From positions 32,001 through 96,000 of the forward strand of contig CAWAAX010000027.1 in assembly GCA_963780225.1 (NCBI GenBank): 64,000 nucleotides of DNA, read 5' to 3'. How positions within the stretch are numbered: position 1 is the stretch's first letter; each line of letters starts with the position of its first letter. Source of the stretch: an uncultured bacterium. Its GTDB lineage: Bacteria; Edwardsbacteria; AC1; EtOH8. The notes beneath the pieces are model-generated. The model saw only the letters and a list, made by a program, of their open reading frames with translations, searched no databases and was not told where the DNA came from. The position numbers were made by a program, and so were the translations under genes. Below, one piece after another: positions 36,950-45,513 of the stretch.

Positions 36950-39082
36950 TTACCTGAACGAATACGGTATGGTAAAAGGCCGGTCGGCCGGCTGGCCATT
37001 GACCGTACCCGGTTTGAAGTTAGATTTCTTGGCCGCCGTCAAGGCCGCCTCGTCGCAGCCGCCGCCGATGCCCCTCAGCACCTCGGCGCTCTTGACCTTG
37101 CCGTCTGCTCCCACGATCACCTTAACAAAGACCCTTCCGGTGATCCCGGCTTTTTTGGCCAGGTCGGGATACTCGGCCTTGCCGATGTTGGTGGGTTCAG
37201 GGTCGGTGGGTGGGATCTCCGCTACCGGTTCAGGCGCGGCTGCCACCGGCTCGGGCACAGCTTCTGTGGCCGGGGCCGGAGCCGGGGTTTCGGCTACCAG
37301 AATGTCCTGGGGGTTGACCGGCTTGGGAGTCGGGGCCGGTTTGACCGGAACAGGTTTGGGCTCTGCCGGGACAGGATTGTTGTTGACCGGTGCTTGAGTG
37401 GGAGTTTCCGGCTCGGGAGCAGGTGCGGAGGCCGGTATTTCCGGGGCCGGCGGGGTAACGGCCGCCACTTGGACGCCTCGCCGTTCGGCCGATGGTATCC
37501 ACCATTCGTCCAATGAAGCCAGGGGACCGCGGGCGTCGCTCTCGGCGCCCTTTACCCCTTTGTAGACCATGGCCACCACATTGGGCACGAACAGGTAGGT
37601 GGTGGGCTGTTCCTGGAAGACCACCTGCTGGAATTTGACCCAAATATCCTTGGCCTTGCGCCGGCTTAAGGTCCCCAACCCCTGTTCGATCAGGCTGTCC
37701 ACCTGGGGATTGGAGTATTCCAAAAGATTGAATTTCCCCTTGCTTTCGATTCTGGTATGCCACACCGCTGTGGGATCAACCTTCTGGTCGTTCTTCCAGG
37801 AAAACATCATCACATCGTAAGCTCCGGTGCGGATCTTTTGAATGAAGGTCCTGGCGTCGGCCACTTGCACATTGACCTTTACTCCCACCACCTTCAGCTG
37901 TTTCTGAATGATGGCGGCTGAAGCCTCCAGCACCGGCTGGCCCTGGGCTAAAAGCAGGTTTATCTGCAGCACCTGACGGGGGTTCTTGGCCAGGAAACCA
38001 TCCTTGTTTATGGTCTTCCAACCTAGATCGGAAAGGACGGTCTTGGCCGGCTCGGGATCGTAGGGCATGGCTTTTAGGTTCTCGTCATAGGCCCAGGAAC
38101 TTGGCAGAATAGGCCCGGACGCGGTCTGGCCCTTGCCCAGCAGCACGTTCTGAATCATTTCGGAGGGATCGATAGCCATGGCAAAAGCCTTGCGCAGTTC
38201 GGCCGAGGCAAACAGCGGGCTCTTCAGGTTCCAGCCCATATAGGTATACGACCTTCCGGGATAGTCAATGGTGACCAGATTGGGATCGCCCTGCAGTTTC
38301 AGGACGCTTTGGGGCGAGAGATCCTCCGTCATATCAACCTCCCCGTTCTGCAGGGCGGCTGCCAGCGCGGCTTCGTCGCCGAAGAACCGGATCACGATCT
38401 GCTCCAGGGCCGGTTGGCCCTTGTAAAAATCAGGATTGGCGGCCAGCACCAGGCGGTCGCCCCGGATCCACTGTTCCACCTTGTATGGCCCGTCGGTCAC
38501 CGGGCTGGCGTCGAACTCGCCGGAACCCAGGCTGGACTGTTTTTCCAAAGAATGTTTGGGAAGCACGATGATCCCGGTATCAAACAATTCATCGGAGTAC
38601 AGCCGGTTGAACTTGAAGCGCACGGTGTAGGTGCCTATCACCTCCACCTTTTCCACGAACTGGAGGTACCCGGCCCGGGAATAGTTGACCGTGGGATCGG
38701 TCATCAGGTCAAAGGTATATTTGACATCCTCAGCCGTTACCGGTTGCCCGTCGCTCCACTTCACATCCTGGCGCAGATGATAAGTGACCTCCTTGAAATC
38801 CTCGGAGAACTTCCAGCTCTCAGCCAACTCGGGCACTATGTTCATCGATTTGTCAAAGCGGTGCAGGCTCAGGAAAAGTTTTTCCTGAATGTCGCTGGAT
38901 GCGGTGAACGACAGCAGCAGCGGGTTCAGCGAGGCCGGCTCGTTGAGCGAGCCGATGGTCAGCGTTCCCCCGGCCTCGCCCAGGGGATATTTTTCCCGTT
39001 TGGCACAACCCGCGATCACAATCATCAGAGACGCCGCTATTAACAGAAAGCACCCGGCACCAAAATGGGAAAACCGTCTCAT
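36950..39082 (-). CDS. Peptide ABC substrate-binding lipoprotein (family 5) fused to a Pro-rich linker and a TonB C-terminal domain
   Basis: AAGGAG RBS; lipobox IAGC; PELAESW...WSDGQPVTAEDVKYTF; GPYKV; Pro/Ala/Glu linker; YPDLAKKAGITGRVFVKVIV...GCDEAAL...FKPG...IPYSF. Confidence 0.9.
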   Translation of the reverse strand: MRRFSHFGAGCFLLIAASLMIVIAGCAKREKYPLGEAGGTLTIGSLNEPASLNPLLLSFTASSDIQEKLFLSLHRFDKSMNIVPELAESWKFSEDFKEVTYHLRQDVKWSDGQPVTAEDVKYTFDLMTDPTVNYSRAGYLQFVEKVEVIGTYTVRFKFNRLYSDELFDTGIIVLPKHSLEKQSSLGSGEFDASPVTDGPYKVEQWIRGDRLVLAANPDFYKGQPALEQIVIRFFGDEAALAAALQNGEVDMTEDLSPQSVLKLQGDPNLVTIDYPGRSYTYMGWNLKSPLFASAELRKAFAMAIDPSEMIQNVLLGKGQTASGPILPSSWAYDENLKAMPYDPEPAKTVLSDLGWKTINKDGFLAKNPRQVLQINLLLAQGQPVLEASAAIIQKQLKVVGVKVNVQVADARTFIQKIRTGAYDVMMFSWKNDQKVDPTAVWHTRIESKGKFNLLEYSNPQVDSLIEQGLGTLSRRKAKDIWVKFQQVVFQEQPTTYLFVPNVVAMVYKGVKGAESDARGPLASLDEWWIPSAERRGVQVAAVTPPAPEIPASAPAPEPETPTQAPVNNNPVPAEPKPVPVKPAPTPKPVNPQDILVAETPAPAPATEAVPEPVAAAPEPVAEIPPTDPEPTNIGKAEYPDLAKKAGITGRVFVKVIVGADGKVKSAEVLRGIGGGCDEAALTAAKKSNFKPGTVNGQPADRPFTIPYSFR

Positions 39083-39279
39083 GTATGGCTCCTTTAGTTT
39101 TAAAGGATATTGGAAATTAAAAAACACTTTAATTCTATAAGGAAACCCTGCCTTGCGCCACCGTTGTAGCTAAGGCGGACAGGCAGGAATGCAGGAACAA
39201 TATTTCAGGAACAATATTTGATGTTATTGCCGGTGTTTCCTTGTTCCAGTGTTTGGTTCTAAAGCTTCCCTAATACATA

Positions 39280-39348
39280 ACATTATAACAACTTAAGCTT
39301 TTTGTCAAGCAAAATTTACTTGCGAGTCCCTGATTTTTATAGTATAGT
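39280..39348. promoter_or_regulatory. Divergent sigma70-like promoters
   Basis: Minus strand: TTGACA at 39308-39303 with TATAAT/TAATGT. Plus strand: TTGCGA-N17-TATAGT (39320-39348). Confidence 0.6.
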
Positions 39349-39354
39349 TATGTT

Positions 39355-40386
39355 ATGATGTTTTCTGCTTTCATATTCACATTTCTGATCATTCTTAACT
39401 CCACTGCAAAGGCCGACACCATGCCCAAAACAGACCCCTCCCGCCTTGCCGCCGACCTCCACTGCGATGCACCCATGAAGATCGTCAAGGGAAAGACTTT
39501 GACCGATAAAACCAGCCATGTTACCATCAGCAAGCTGAAGAAAGGCCGGATCGGACTTCAGGTCTTCGCCTGCTGGGTTCCGCCAACTTACCGCCGCCAG
39601 AAGGCCATTGACTACACTTTGAAGATGATATCCATGACCAAGTCCCAAATATCAAGCCACTCATCCCAATTGATGCTGGTGACCGACAGGGCTTCCTGGC
39701 AGAAATGCATAAAGGAGAAGAAGACTGGAGTACTGCTGGGCATCGAAGGCGGCCACGCATTGGGAGAGAAGGCGGAAAACCTGAAAATGTTCCATTCCCT
39801 CGGAGTAAGGATATTGACACTGACCTGGAACAATTCCAACAAATTCGCCACCTCCGGCTTCAGCGCCGGTAAGACCAAGAAAGACCCTGGGCTGACAGCT
39901 GAAGGCTTAAAGCTGGTGAAGTTGGCCGACTCGCTGGGGGTGATGATTGACCTCTCCCATTCTTCCGAGAAGACCTTTTGGGATGTGCTGAAAGTTGCCA
40001 AGAAACCGCCTTTTGCCTCCCATTCCTGCGCCCGGGCTTTAAACAAGAAGTTTCAGTTCCGGAACCTGAGCGATGAACAGATAAAGGCCCTGGCCCGGGC
40101 CGGGGGATTGATCGGGGTCAATTTTTATCCCGGCTTCCTGGGGGAAAAGCGAAAACCGGCCGATATCATTTCCGTGGCCGATCAGTTTGACCATATGAAG
40201 AAGCTTGCCGGAGTTGAGTGCCTGGCCTTGGGCTCTGATTTCGACGGAATAACAGAGGTACCTAAGGGTTTGGAGGGTCCGGACAAGATTCCTGACCTGC
40301 TGAAGGTGCTGGAGAAACGGGGTTTTAGTAATGAAGAGATACGCAAAATAGCGCTGGATAACTTTATAAGATATATGGATTGGTGA
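39355..40386 (+). CDS. Membrane dipeptidase (peptidase M19)
   Basis: Signal-like N-terminus, DLHCD, GIEGG, LTWN, DLSH, ASHS, GSDFDG. Confidence 0.94.
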   Translation: MMFSAFIFTFLIILNSTAKADTMPKTDPSRLAADLHCDAPMKIVKGKTLTDKTSHVTISKLKKGRIGLQVFACWVPPTYRRQKAIDYTLKMISMTKSQISSHSSQLMLVTDRASWQKCIKEKKTGVLLGIEGGHALGEKAENLKMFHSLGVRILTLTWNNSNKFATSGFSAGKTKKDPGLTAEGLKLVKLADSLGVMIDLSHSSEKTFWDVLKVAKKPPFASHSCARALNKKFQFRNLSDEQIKALARAGGLIGVNFYPGFLGEKRKPADIISVADQFDHMKKLAGVECLALGSDFDGITEVPKGLEGPDKIPDLLKVLEKRGFSNEEIRKIALDNFIRYMDW

Positions 40387-40408
40387 ACTACGGGCTTGAT
40401 AACAGCCA

Positions 40409-40439
40409 AAAGCCCCGAAGCATTATGCTTCGGGGCTTT
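40409..40439. terminator. Intrinsic terminator
   Basis: aaagccccgaagca-tta-tgcttcggggcttt between convergent genes. Confidence 0.85.
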
Positions 40440-40474
40440 AATTTTTTGTTTTTCCTAAATCACAAGGATAGCAG

Positions 40475-40738
40475 TTAGAAGATAAATACGTGATCGGGGG
40501 AATTACCATTTCCGCCAAAAGCCTCCTTCATGCCATTTTCAATATAGGTATTCTTTATTTCCCGGGCCAGTTCCGGCGAATTCACATCCCAAGATTTGAA
40601 GTGGGGCGGTTGATTGTGCAGTTTTTGGCATTCTGAGGGCGAGGAGGTCACCCCAATGCACCAAACGCTGTAATTGATCACGTTGGCGTTTTTAACCCGA
40701 TCTTCGATCTCATTCATTATTTCTGCTATACTGGCCAC
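40475..40738 (-). CDS. Small hypothetical protein (possibly degenerate GIY-YIG-like)
   Basis: 87-aa AT-rich ORF; YSVWCIGVT...H...AREI...GM...GG...VFIF pattern. Confidence 0.6.
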   Translation of the reverse strand: MASIAEIMNEIEDRVKNANVINYSVWCIGVTSSPSECQKLHNQPPHFKSWDVNSPELAREIKNTYIENGMKEAFGGNGNSPDHVFIF

Positions 40739-40823
40739 TTAACTTCTTCCTTTTTTGTGACTTTCCGCCGCCCGGCTGAATACCGTGCGGTGGGAACAGT
40801 TTTTTCAATATTTGGAAGCGCGG

Positions 40824-41147
40824 TCACATTTCCATTATTGGTTCCAGATTTTTGGCCAGCAACTGCTCAATTTTATCCAAAAACTCGGGGGGAACCACTA
40901 TCCAGGTCACAAAAGGTTCTTTGTCCTGATGCTTTATCATTCCCGGATCATTGCGCAACTGCAAAAGCTTTGTCTTGACATGCCCCTGACCCAATTTTAA
41001 CACAGAATATTGGGAATTATCCAAAGATGAATTTTTTGCGGGATAAAATACCAAATAAATGCCTGCTAAATCCTTAAAGCATCCTTCGCAAAGTTCCAAT
41101 TCAAATAATTTGTACCATTGCCCATTGCCTTTTTTTGCCCACTTCAT
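40824..41147 (-). CDS. Small hypothetical protein with GIY...LGQG motif (GIY-YIG-like)
   Basis: 107-aa AT-rich ORF; AGIYLVF...LKLGQG...VTW...IEQLL...LEP. Confidence 0.65.
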   Translation of the reverse strand: MKWAKKGNGQWYKLFELELCEGCFKDLAGIYLVFYPAKNSSLDNSQYSVLKLGQGHVKTKLLQLRNDPGMIKHQDKEPFVTWIVVPPEFLDKIEQLLAKNLEPIMEM

Positions 41148-41299
41148 GTCAATAATGTTATTTATTGTTAAGCTGTTTAATGACTTAAAAGGATTGCTTC
41201 CAGTTTGGCTAATTATTACACAATTTCAAGTTTCGACCATAATAAGATTTAGAGGCTATAATGGCAGGTAAGGTTCCCGTAAAACTGATTTATTTTTGT

Positions 41300-41339
41300 A
41301 TATCAAAAGCCCCTTCGTTACTGAAGGGGCTTTTGATAT
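41300..41339 (-). terminator. Intrinsic terminator downstream of ppdK
   Basis: atatcaaaagccccttc-gttact-gaaggggcttttgatat. Confidence 0.85.
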
Positions 41340-41429
41340 GAGTCCGATTTACTTTTTGCCTTTTTTCGATATGGACACCGAGCCGATGGGCTGAGCGGCC
41401 CGTCTGAGCTGGCCGAAGCCTTGTCGAAG

Positions 41430-44375
41430 TCAACGTCGAGGTGTGCCTTTTTTCTTGGTTGCTTTACCCGCCGACTTGCCCGCCGTAGCATGCGCAGAGG
41501 AGGAAGCCTTGGTGTAGGCGGGCTTCTTCACATCCTTCTTCGGTGCAGCCTTTTTCGCCGCGGACACCGAGCCGCTGGGCTGAGCCTGTCGAAGACCGTG
41601 TCGAGGTGTAGCCTTCCGCTTCCCATTTCCCGATTTTCCATTTTCTTTGGTTGGCTTCCCTGCCTTCAGCTCTTTGATGGCCGCCTGGGCCAGCGCCAGC
41701 CTGGCGATGGGCACCCGGAACGGCGAGCAGGAAACGTAGTTCATTCCGGCCCGGTGGCAGAATTCTACCGAGGACGGCTCCCCGCCGTGTTCCCCGCAGA
41801 TTCCGACCTTCAGGTGCGGCCTGGTTCCCCGGCCCCGCTTGATGCCCATCTCTATCAGCTCGCCCACGCCCTCCTGGTCCAGCAGCTGGAAGGGGTCGGC
41901 CGGCAGGATCTTCTTTTCCACGTAGTCCGGCACAAAGCCTCCGATGTCGTCGCGGGAGAAGCCGAAGGTCATCTGGGTCAGGTCGTTGGTGCCGAAGGAA
42001 AAGAACTCGGCGGTCTCGGCGATCTTTCCGGCTGTCAGCGCGGCCCGCGGGATCTCGATCATGGTGCCGTACATGTAATCTATCTTCTTGACGCCCTGCT
42101 GGGCGCAGACCTCGGCGTAGATCCGGTCCACTATGGCCTTCTGGTCAGCCAGCTCGTTCTTCATCCCCACCACCGGGACCATGATCTCCGGCATAATCTT
42201 CTTGCCGGCCTTCACTAATTCCGCGGTGGATTCAAAGATGGCCTTCACCTGCATCTCGGTAATCTCGGGGAAGGTCACGCCCAGGCGAACGCCGCGGTGG
42301 CCCATCATGGGGTTGGATTCGTGCAGGCCGTCGGCCCGCTTGTTCAATTCATCGGCGGAAATGCCCAGAGACTGGGCCAGCTTGTTGCGCTCGTCCTGGC
42401 GGGTGGGCACGAACTCGTGCAGCGGCGGATCCAGCAATCTGATGGTCACCGGCAGTCCGTCCATCACCTCCAAAGTGGCCTTGATGTCCTTCTTGACGAA
42501 GGGATACAGTTCGTTGAGGGCCGCCCGGCGCTCGGCCTGGTCCTTGGAAACGATCATCTTGCGCAGGCGGAACAGCGGCTCCTCGGAATTCTTGCCGTAG
42601 AACATGTGCTCGGTCCGGAACAGCCCGATGCCCTCGGCCCCAAAACCCCTGGCCTTGGCGGCGTCCTCCGGGGTGTCGGCATTGGTGCGGACCTTGAGCT
42701 GGCGGAAGGAGTCGGCGTATTTCATGAAGGTCAGGAAGCGGGGATTCTCGGTGGCGTCCATCATGGCCAGCTGGCCGGCGTAGATGTAGCCCCGGGTGCC
42801 GTTGAGGGTGATGAAGTCGCCTTCCCGGAAGATCTTGTCCCCGGCTTTCATGGTCTTGGTGTGGACATCGATGTTCAGGCTGCCGGCGCCCACGATGCAG
42901 CACTTGCCCCAGCCCCGGGCCACCAAAGCCGCGTGGCTGGTCATGCCGCCCCGGGCGGTCAGGATCCCGGCTGCGGCCCGCATCCCTTCCACATCCTCGG
43001 GGTTGGTCTCCTCGCGGACCAGGATCACCTTCTTGCCCTGCTTCAGCCACTCCACCGCGTCATTGGCGGTGAACACGATCTGCCCAAAGGCTCCGCCCGG
43101 GCCGGCCGGCAGGCCCTTGGCCAGGACAGCAGCCTTGCCCTCGGCCGCCGGGTCCACGATGGGGTGCAGCAGCTCGTCCAGCTGGGCCGGTGAGACCCGC
43201 ATCACCGCGTCCGATTTGGCGATCAGCTTCTCCTCCACCATGTCCATGGCCATGTTCAAAGCGGCGGTTCCGGTGCGCTTGCCCACCCGGCACTGCAGCA
43301 TCCACAGCCGTCCGTCCTGGATGGTGAATTCTATGTCCTGCATGTCTCGGTAATGCTTTTCCAGCCGGCTGCGGTAGCCGTCCAGTTCCTTATACAGGAC
43401 CGGCATGGCGGTCTCCAGCGACGGCAGTGACTTGTTCTGTTCGTTCTTGGTTGACTCGTTCAGCGGGCTGGGTGTCCGGATCCCGGCCACCACGTCCTCG
43501 CCCTGGGCGTTTACCAGCCATTCCCCGTAGAAATGGTTGTCGCCGTTGGCCGGATTGCGGGAGAAGGCCACCCCTGTGGCCGAACTGTCTCCCATGTTGC
43601 CGAAGACCATGGCCTGGACGTTGACCGCGGTTCCCCACTCGTCGGGGATGCCCTCGATCCGTCGGTAGGAGATGGCCCGGCGGCCGTTCCAGGAGGAGAA
43701 TACCGCACCGACCCCGCCCCACAGCTGGTCGGCGGCGTTATCGGGAAAGTCCTTTCCGATCACCTCTTTGACCTTGGCCTTGAACCGGTCGCACAGGTCC
43801 TTCAGGTCGGCTTCGGAGATGTCGGCGTCCGTCTTGTAGCCCTTCTGCTTCTTGACCGCGCCCAGCATGTCGTCCAGCTGCTTGCGGATGCCCTTGCCCT
43901 CCTCGGGTTCGATCCCGGCGGCCTTCTCCATCACCACGTCGGAGTACATCATGATCAGCCGGCGGTAGGCGTCGTAGACGAAGCGGGGGTTTTGGGTCTT
44001 CTTGATCATCCCGGGGATGGTCTTGGAGCACAGCCCCACGTTCAGCACGGTCTCCATCATCCCGGGCATGGAACTGCGGGCCCCGGAGCGGACCGACAGC
44101 AGCAGGGGATCGTTGGCGTCGCCGAACTTCATGCCCATCACCTTTTCCACTTTGGCCAGGGCGTTGTTGACCTGCTGGTTGAGCTCGGCGGGATATTTCT
44201 TGTTGTTCTTGTAAAAGACGGTGCACAATTCCGTGGTGATGGTGAAACCGGCCGGCACCGGGATGCCCAGATGGCACATCTCGGCCAGGTTGGCGCCCTT
44301 GCCGCCCAGCAGGTTCTTGTCCTTGGCCCCGCCTTCGGCGGCCTTGCCCCCGAAGAAATACACGAACTTAGGCAT
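41430..44375 (-). CDS. ppdK: Pyruvate, phosphate dikinase with Lys/Ala-rich C-terminal tail
   Basis: LLGGKGANLAEM, SVRSGA...SMPGMM, GGMTSHAA, FSFGTNDLTQ, GICGEHGG. Confidence 0.98.
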   Translation of the reverse strand: MPKFVYFFGGKAAEGGAKDKNLLGGKGANLAEMCHLGIPVPAGFTITTELCTVFYKNNKKYPAELNQQVNNALAKVEKVMGMKFGDANDPLLLSVRSGARSSMPGMMETVLNVGLCSKTIPGMIKKTQNPRFVYDAYRRLIMMYSDVVMEKAAGIEPEEGKGIRKQLDDMLGAVKKQKGYKTDADISEADLKDLCDRFKAKVKEVIGKDFPDNAADQLWGGVGAVFSSWNGRRAISYRRIEGIPDEWGTAVNVQAMVFGNMGDSSATGVAFSRNPANGDNHFYGEWLVNAQGEDVVAGIRTPSPLNESTKNEQNKSLPSLETAMPVLYKELDGYRSRLEKHYRDMQDIEFTIQDGRLWMLQCRVGKRTGTAALNMAMDMVEEKLIAKSDAVMRVSPAQLDELLHPIVDPAAEGKAAVLAKGLPAGPGGAFGQIVFTANDAVEWLKQGKKVILVREETNPEDVEGMRAAAGILTARGGMTSHAALVARGWGKCCIVGAGSLNIDVHTKTMKAGDKIFREGDFITLNGTRGYIYAGQLAMMDATENPRFLTFMKYADSFRQLKVRTNADTPEDAAKARGFGAEGIGLFRTEHMFYGKNSEEPLFRLRKMIVSKDQAERRAALNELYPFVKKDIKATLEVMDGLPVTIRLLDPPLHEFVPTRQDERNKLAQSLGISADELNKRADGLHESNPMMGHRGVRLGVTFPEITEMQVKAIFESTAELVKAGKKIMPEIMVPVVGMKNELADQKAIVDRIYAEVCAQQGVKKIDYMYGTMIEIPRAALTAGKIAETAEFFSFGTNDLTQMTFGFSRDDIGGFVPDYVEKKILPADPFQLLDQEGVGELIEMGIKRGRGTRPHLKVGICGEHGGEPSSVEFCHRAGMNYVSCSPFRVPIARLALAQAAIKELKAGKPTKENGKSGNGKRKATPRHGLRQAQPSGSVSAAKKAAPKKDVKKPAYTKASSSAHATAGKSAGKATKKKGTPRR

Positions 44376-44577
44376 GGTATCTTTCTCCTTTGGATATATA
44401 TGAAGATTTTAGTGATCTCGGAAAACAAACTGTGATTGTAACACAGATGAAACTGATTTTCAAGATAAGAGTTGCCGGGAAAAGAGAGTTTACAAGGCAA
44501 AATATAAATAATCCCCGTTGTTTCAAGCCCCAAAATACAGCAAAAACCTCCGGAAAACCGGAGGTTCGGGGGGTTCT

Positions 44578-44733
44578 TCAGCGATACGCATCCTTCCGGT
44601 GGTCAACAGTAAGCAGGTAAACGATCTTATACTTCTGATCTATGGAATAAAACAGCCGGTGATCTCCGATCCGGTACCGCCAGGTATCCGGCGAATAGAC
44701 CTTAAAAGTCAACCTCGCCGGATATTTGACCAT
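44578..44733 (-). pseudogene. Truncated RelE/ParE-family toxin (C-terminal half, 51 aa)
   Basis: Manual translation MVKYPARLTFKVYSPDTWRYRIGDHRLFYSIDQKYKIVYLLTVDHRKDAYR; shorter than any ORF in the supplied track. Confidence 0.75.
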
Positions 44734-44761
44734 GTCTCCGGTCAATCAGATATTTGGGTCA

Positions 44762-45475
44762 CTACCCCCGCTTGGCCTGTCTGGGGCCCTGGGCGCTTCT
44801 GGGGGCCTCCGCCTTGGGGCTGCGGTCCAACAGCCCCAGCTTGTCCAGAAGGTCCTTTTTGTTCTGCAACGCCACCCTGGCTTTTTTTATGAACCTGTCC
44901 ATCCAGTCATTCAGGACCTTAAGCGCCAGTTGCTGTTCCTGGTCGGCGGCCCGGATCTCTTTTTCAGATGTCTCCCCATCCCGGATCATTTTCCCCAGCG
45001 CGTCTATCTTGGCCCGTTCCGTGGCCAGAAGAAGTCTGGGATATCCCAGGCCGGCCAGGATGTCCATGAATTCAGGGTCTTTTTGTGGGGCCTGAAACAG
45101 GACATCGGCCGCTTTCAGGAACAGGGCCGGTTCTCCGGGCATTTGGACAGTGGTCCCCAGCGCCTGCATCTGTTCCCGGTCTTCGGGCCAGATCTTCCTG
45201 ACCACATCAGCCAATGACTGGTAGGCTTCCCGGGCGTTTCTGTCGGTCTTCGCAGAGGCCGCCTCACGTTCCCGCCGGGCCGCGATCAGGGCGGTGTGAG
45301 CCTGGACTGCCATCCGGGCCGCCTGGTAAAGTTTTTGCCCCTCGTTGATCCTGGCCTCGGTATAGCCGGCCTCGGTCAGCCTCTTCAGGATGTCGGGGCT
45401 GGACAGCCCATTGGAGATGGCCGTATCGGCCGTGGCCAGCTGCACGGGAATCGGTATGCTGGGTTTGGCAAGCAC
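44762..45475 (-). CDS. Helical hypothetical protein
   Basis: 237-aa ORF with host-like codon usage and a weak internal duplication (DILKRLTEAGY / DILAGLGY). Confidence 0.7.
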   Translation of the reverse strand: MLAKPSIPIPVQLATADTAISNGLSSPDILKRLTEAGYTEARINEGQKLYQAARMAVQAHTALIAARREREAASAKTDRNAREAYQSLADVVRKIWPEDREQMQALGTTVQMPGEPALFLKAADVLFQAPQKDPEFMDILAGLGYPRLLLATERAKIDALGKMIRDGETSEKEIRAADQEQQLALKVLNDWMDRFIKKARVALQNKKDLLDKLGLLDRSPKAEAPRSAQGPRQAKRG

Positions 45476-45513
45476 TATTGATCCTTATGTTGATTGTATG
45501 GCTCCCGCCAGGT

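Noticed and set aside
41349..41432. Selenocysteine or alternative genetic code at the ppdK TGA
   Set aside because: TGA terminates many genes here, the position is a low-complexity tail with no Cys equivalent, and the hairpin is a repeat-family member rather than a demonstrable SECIS.
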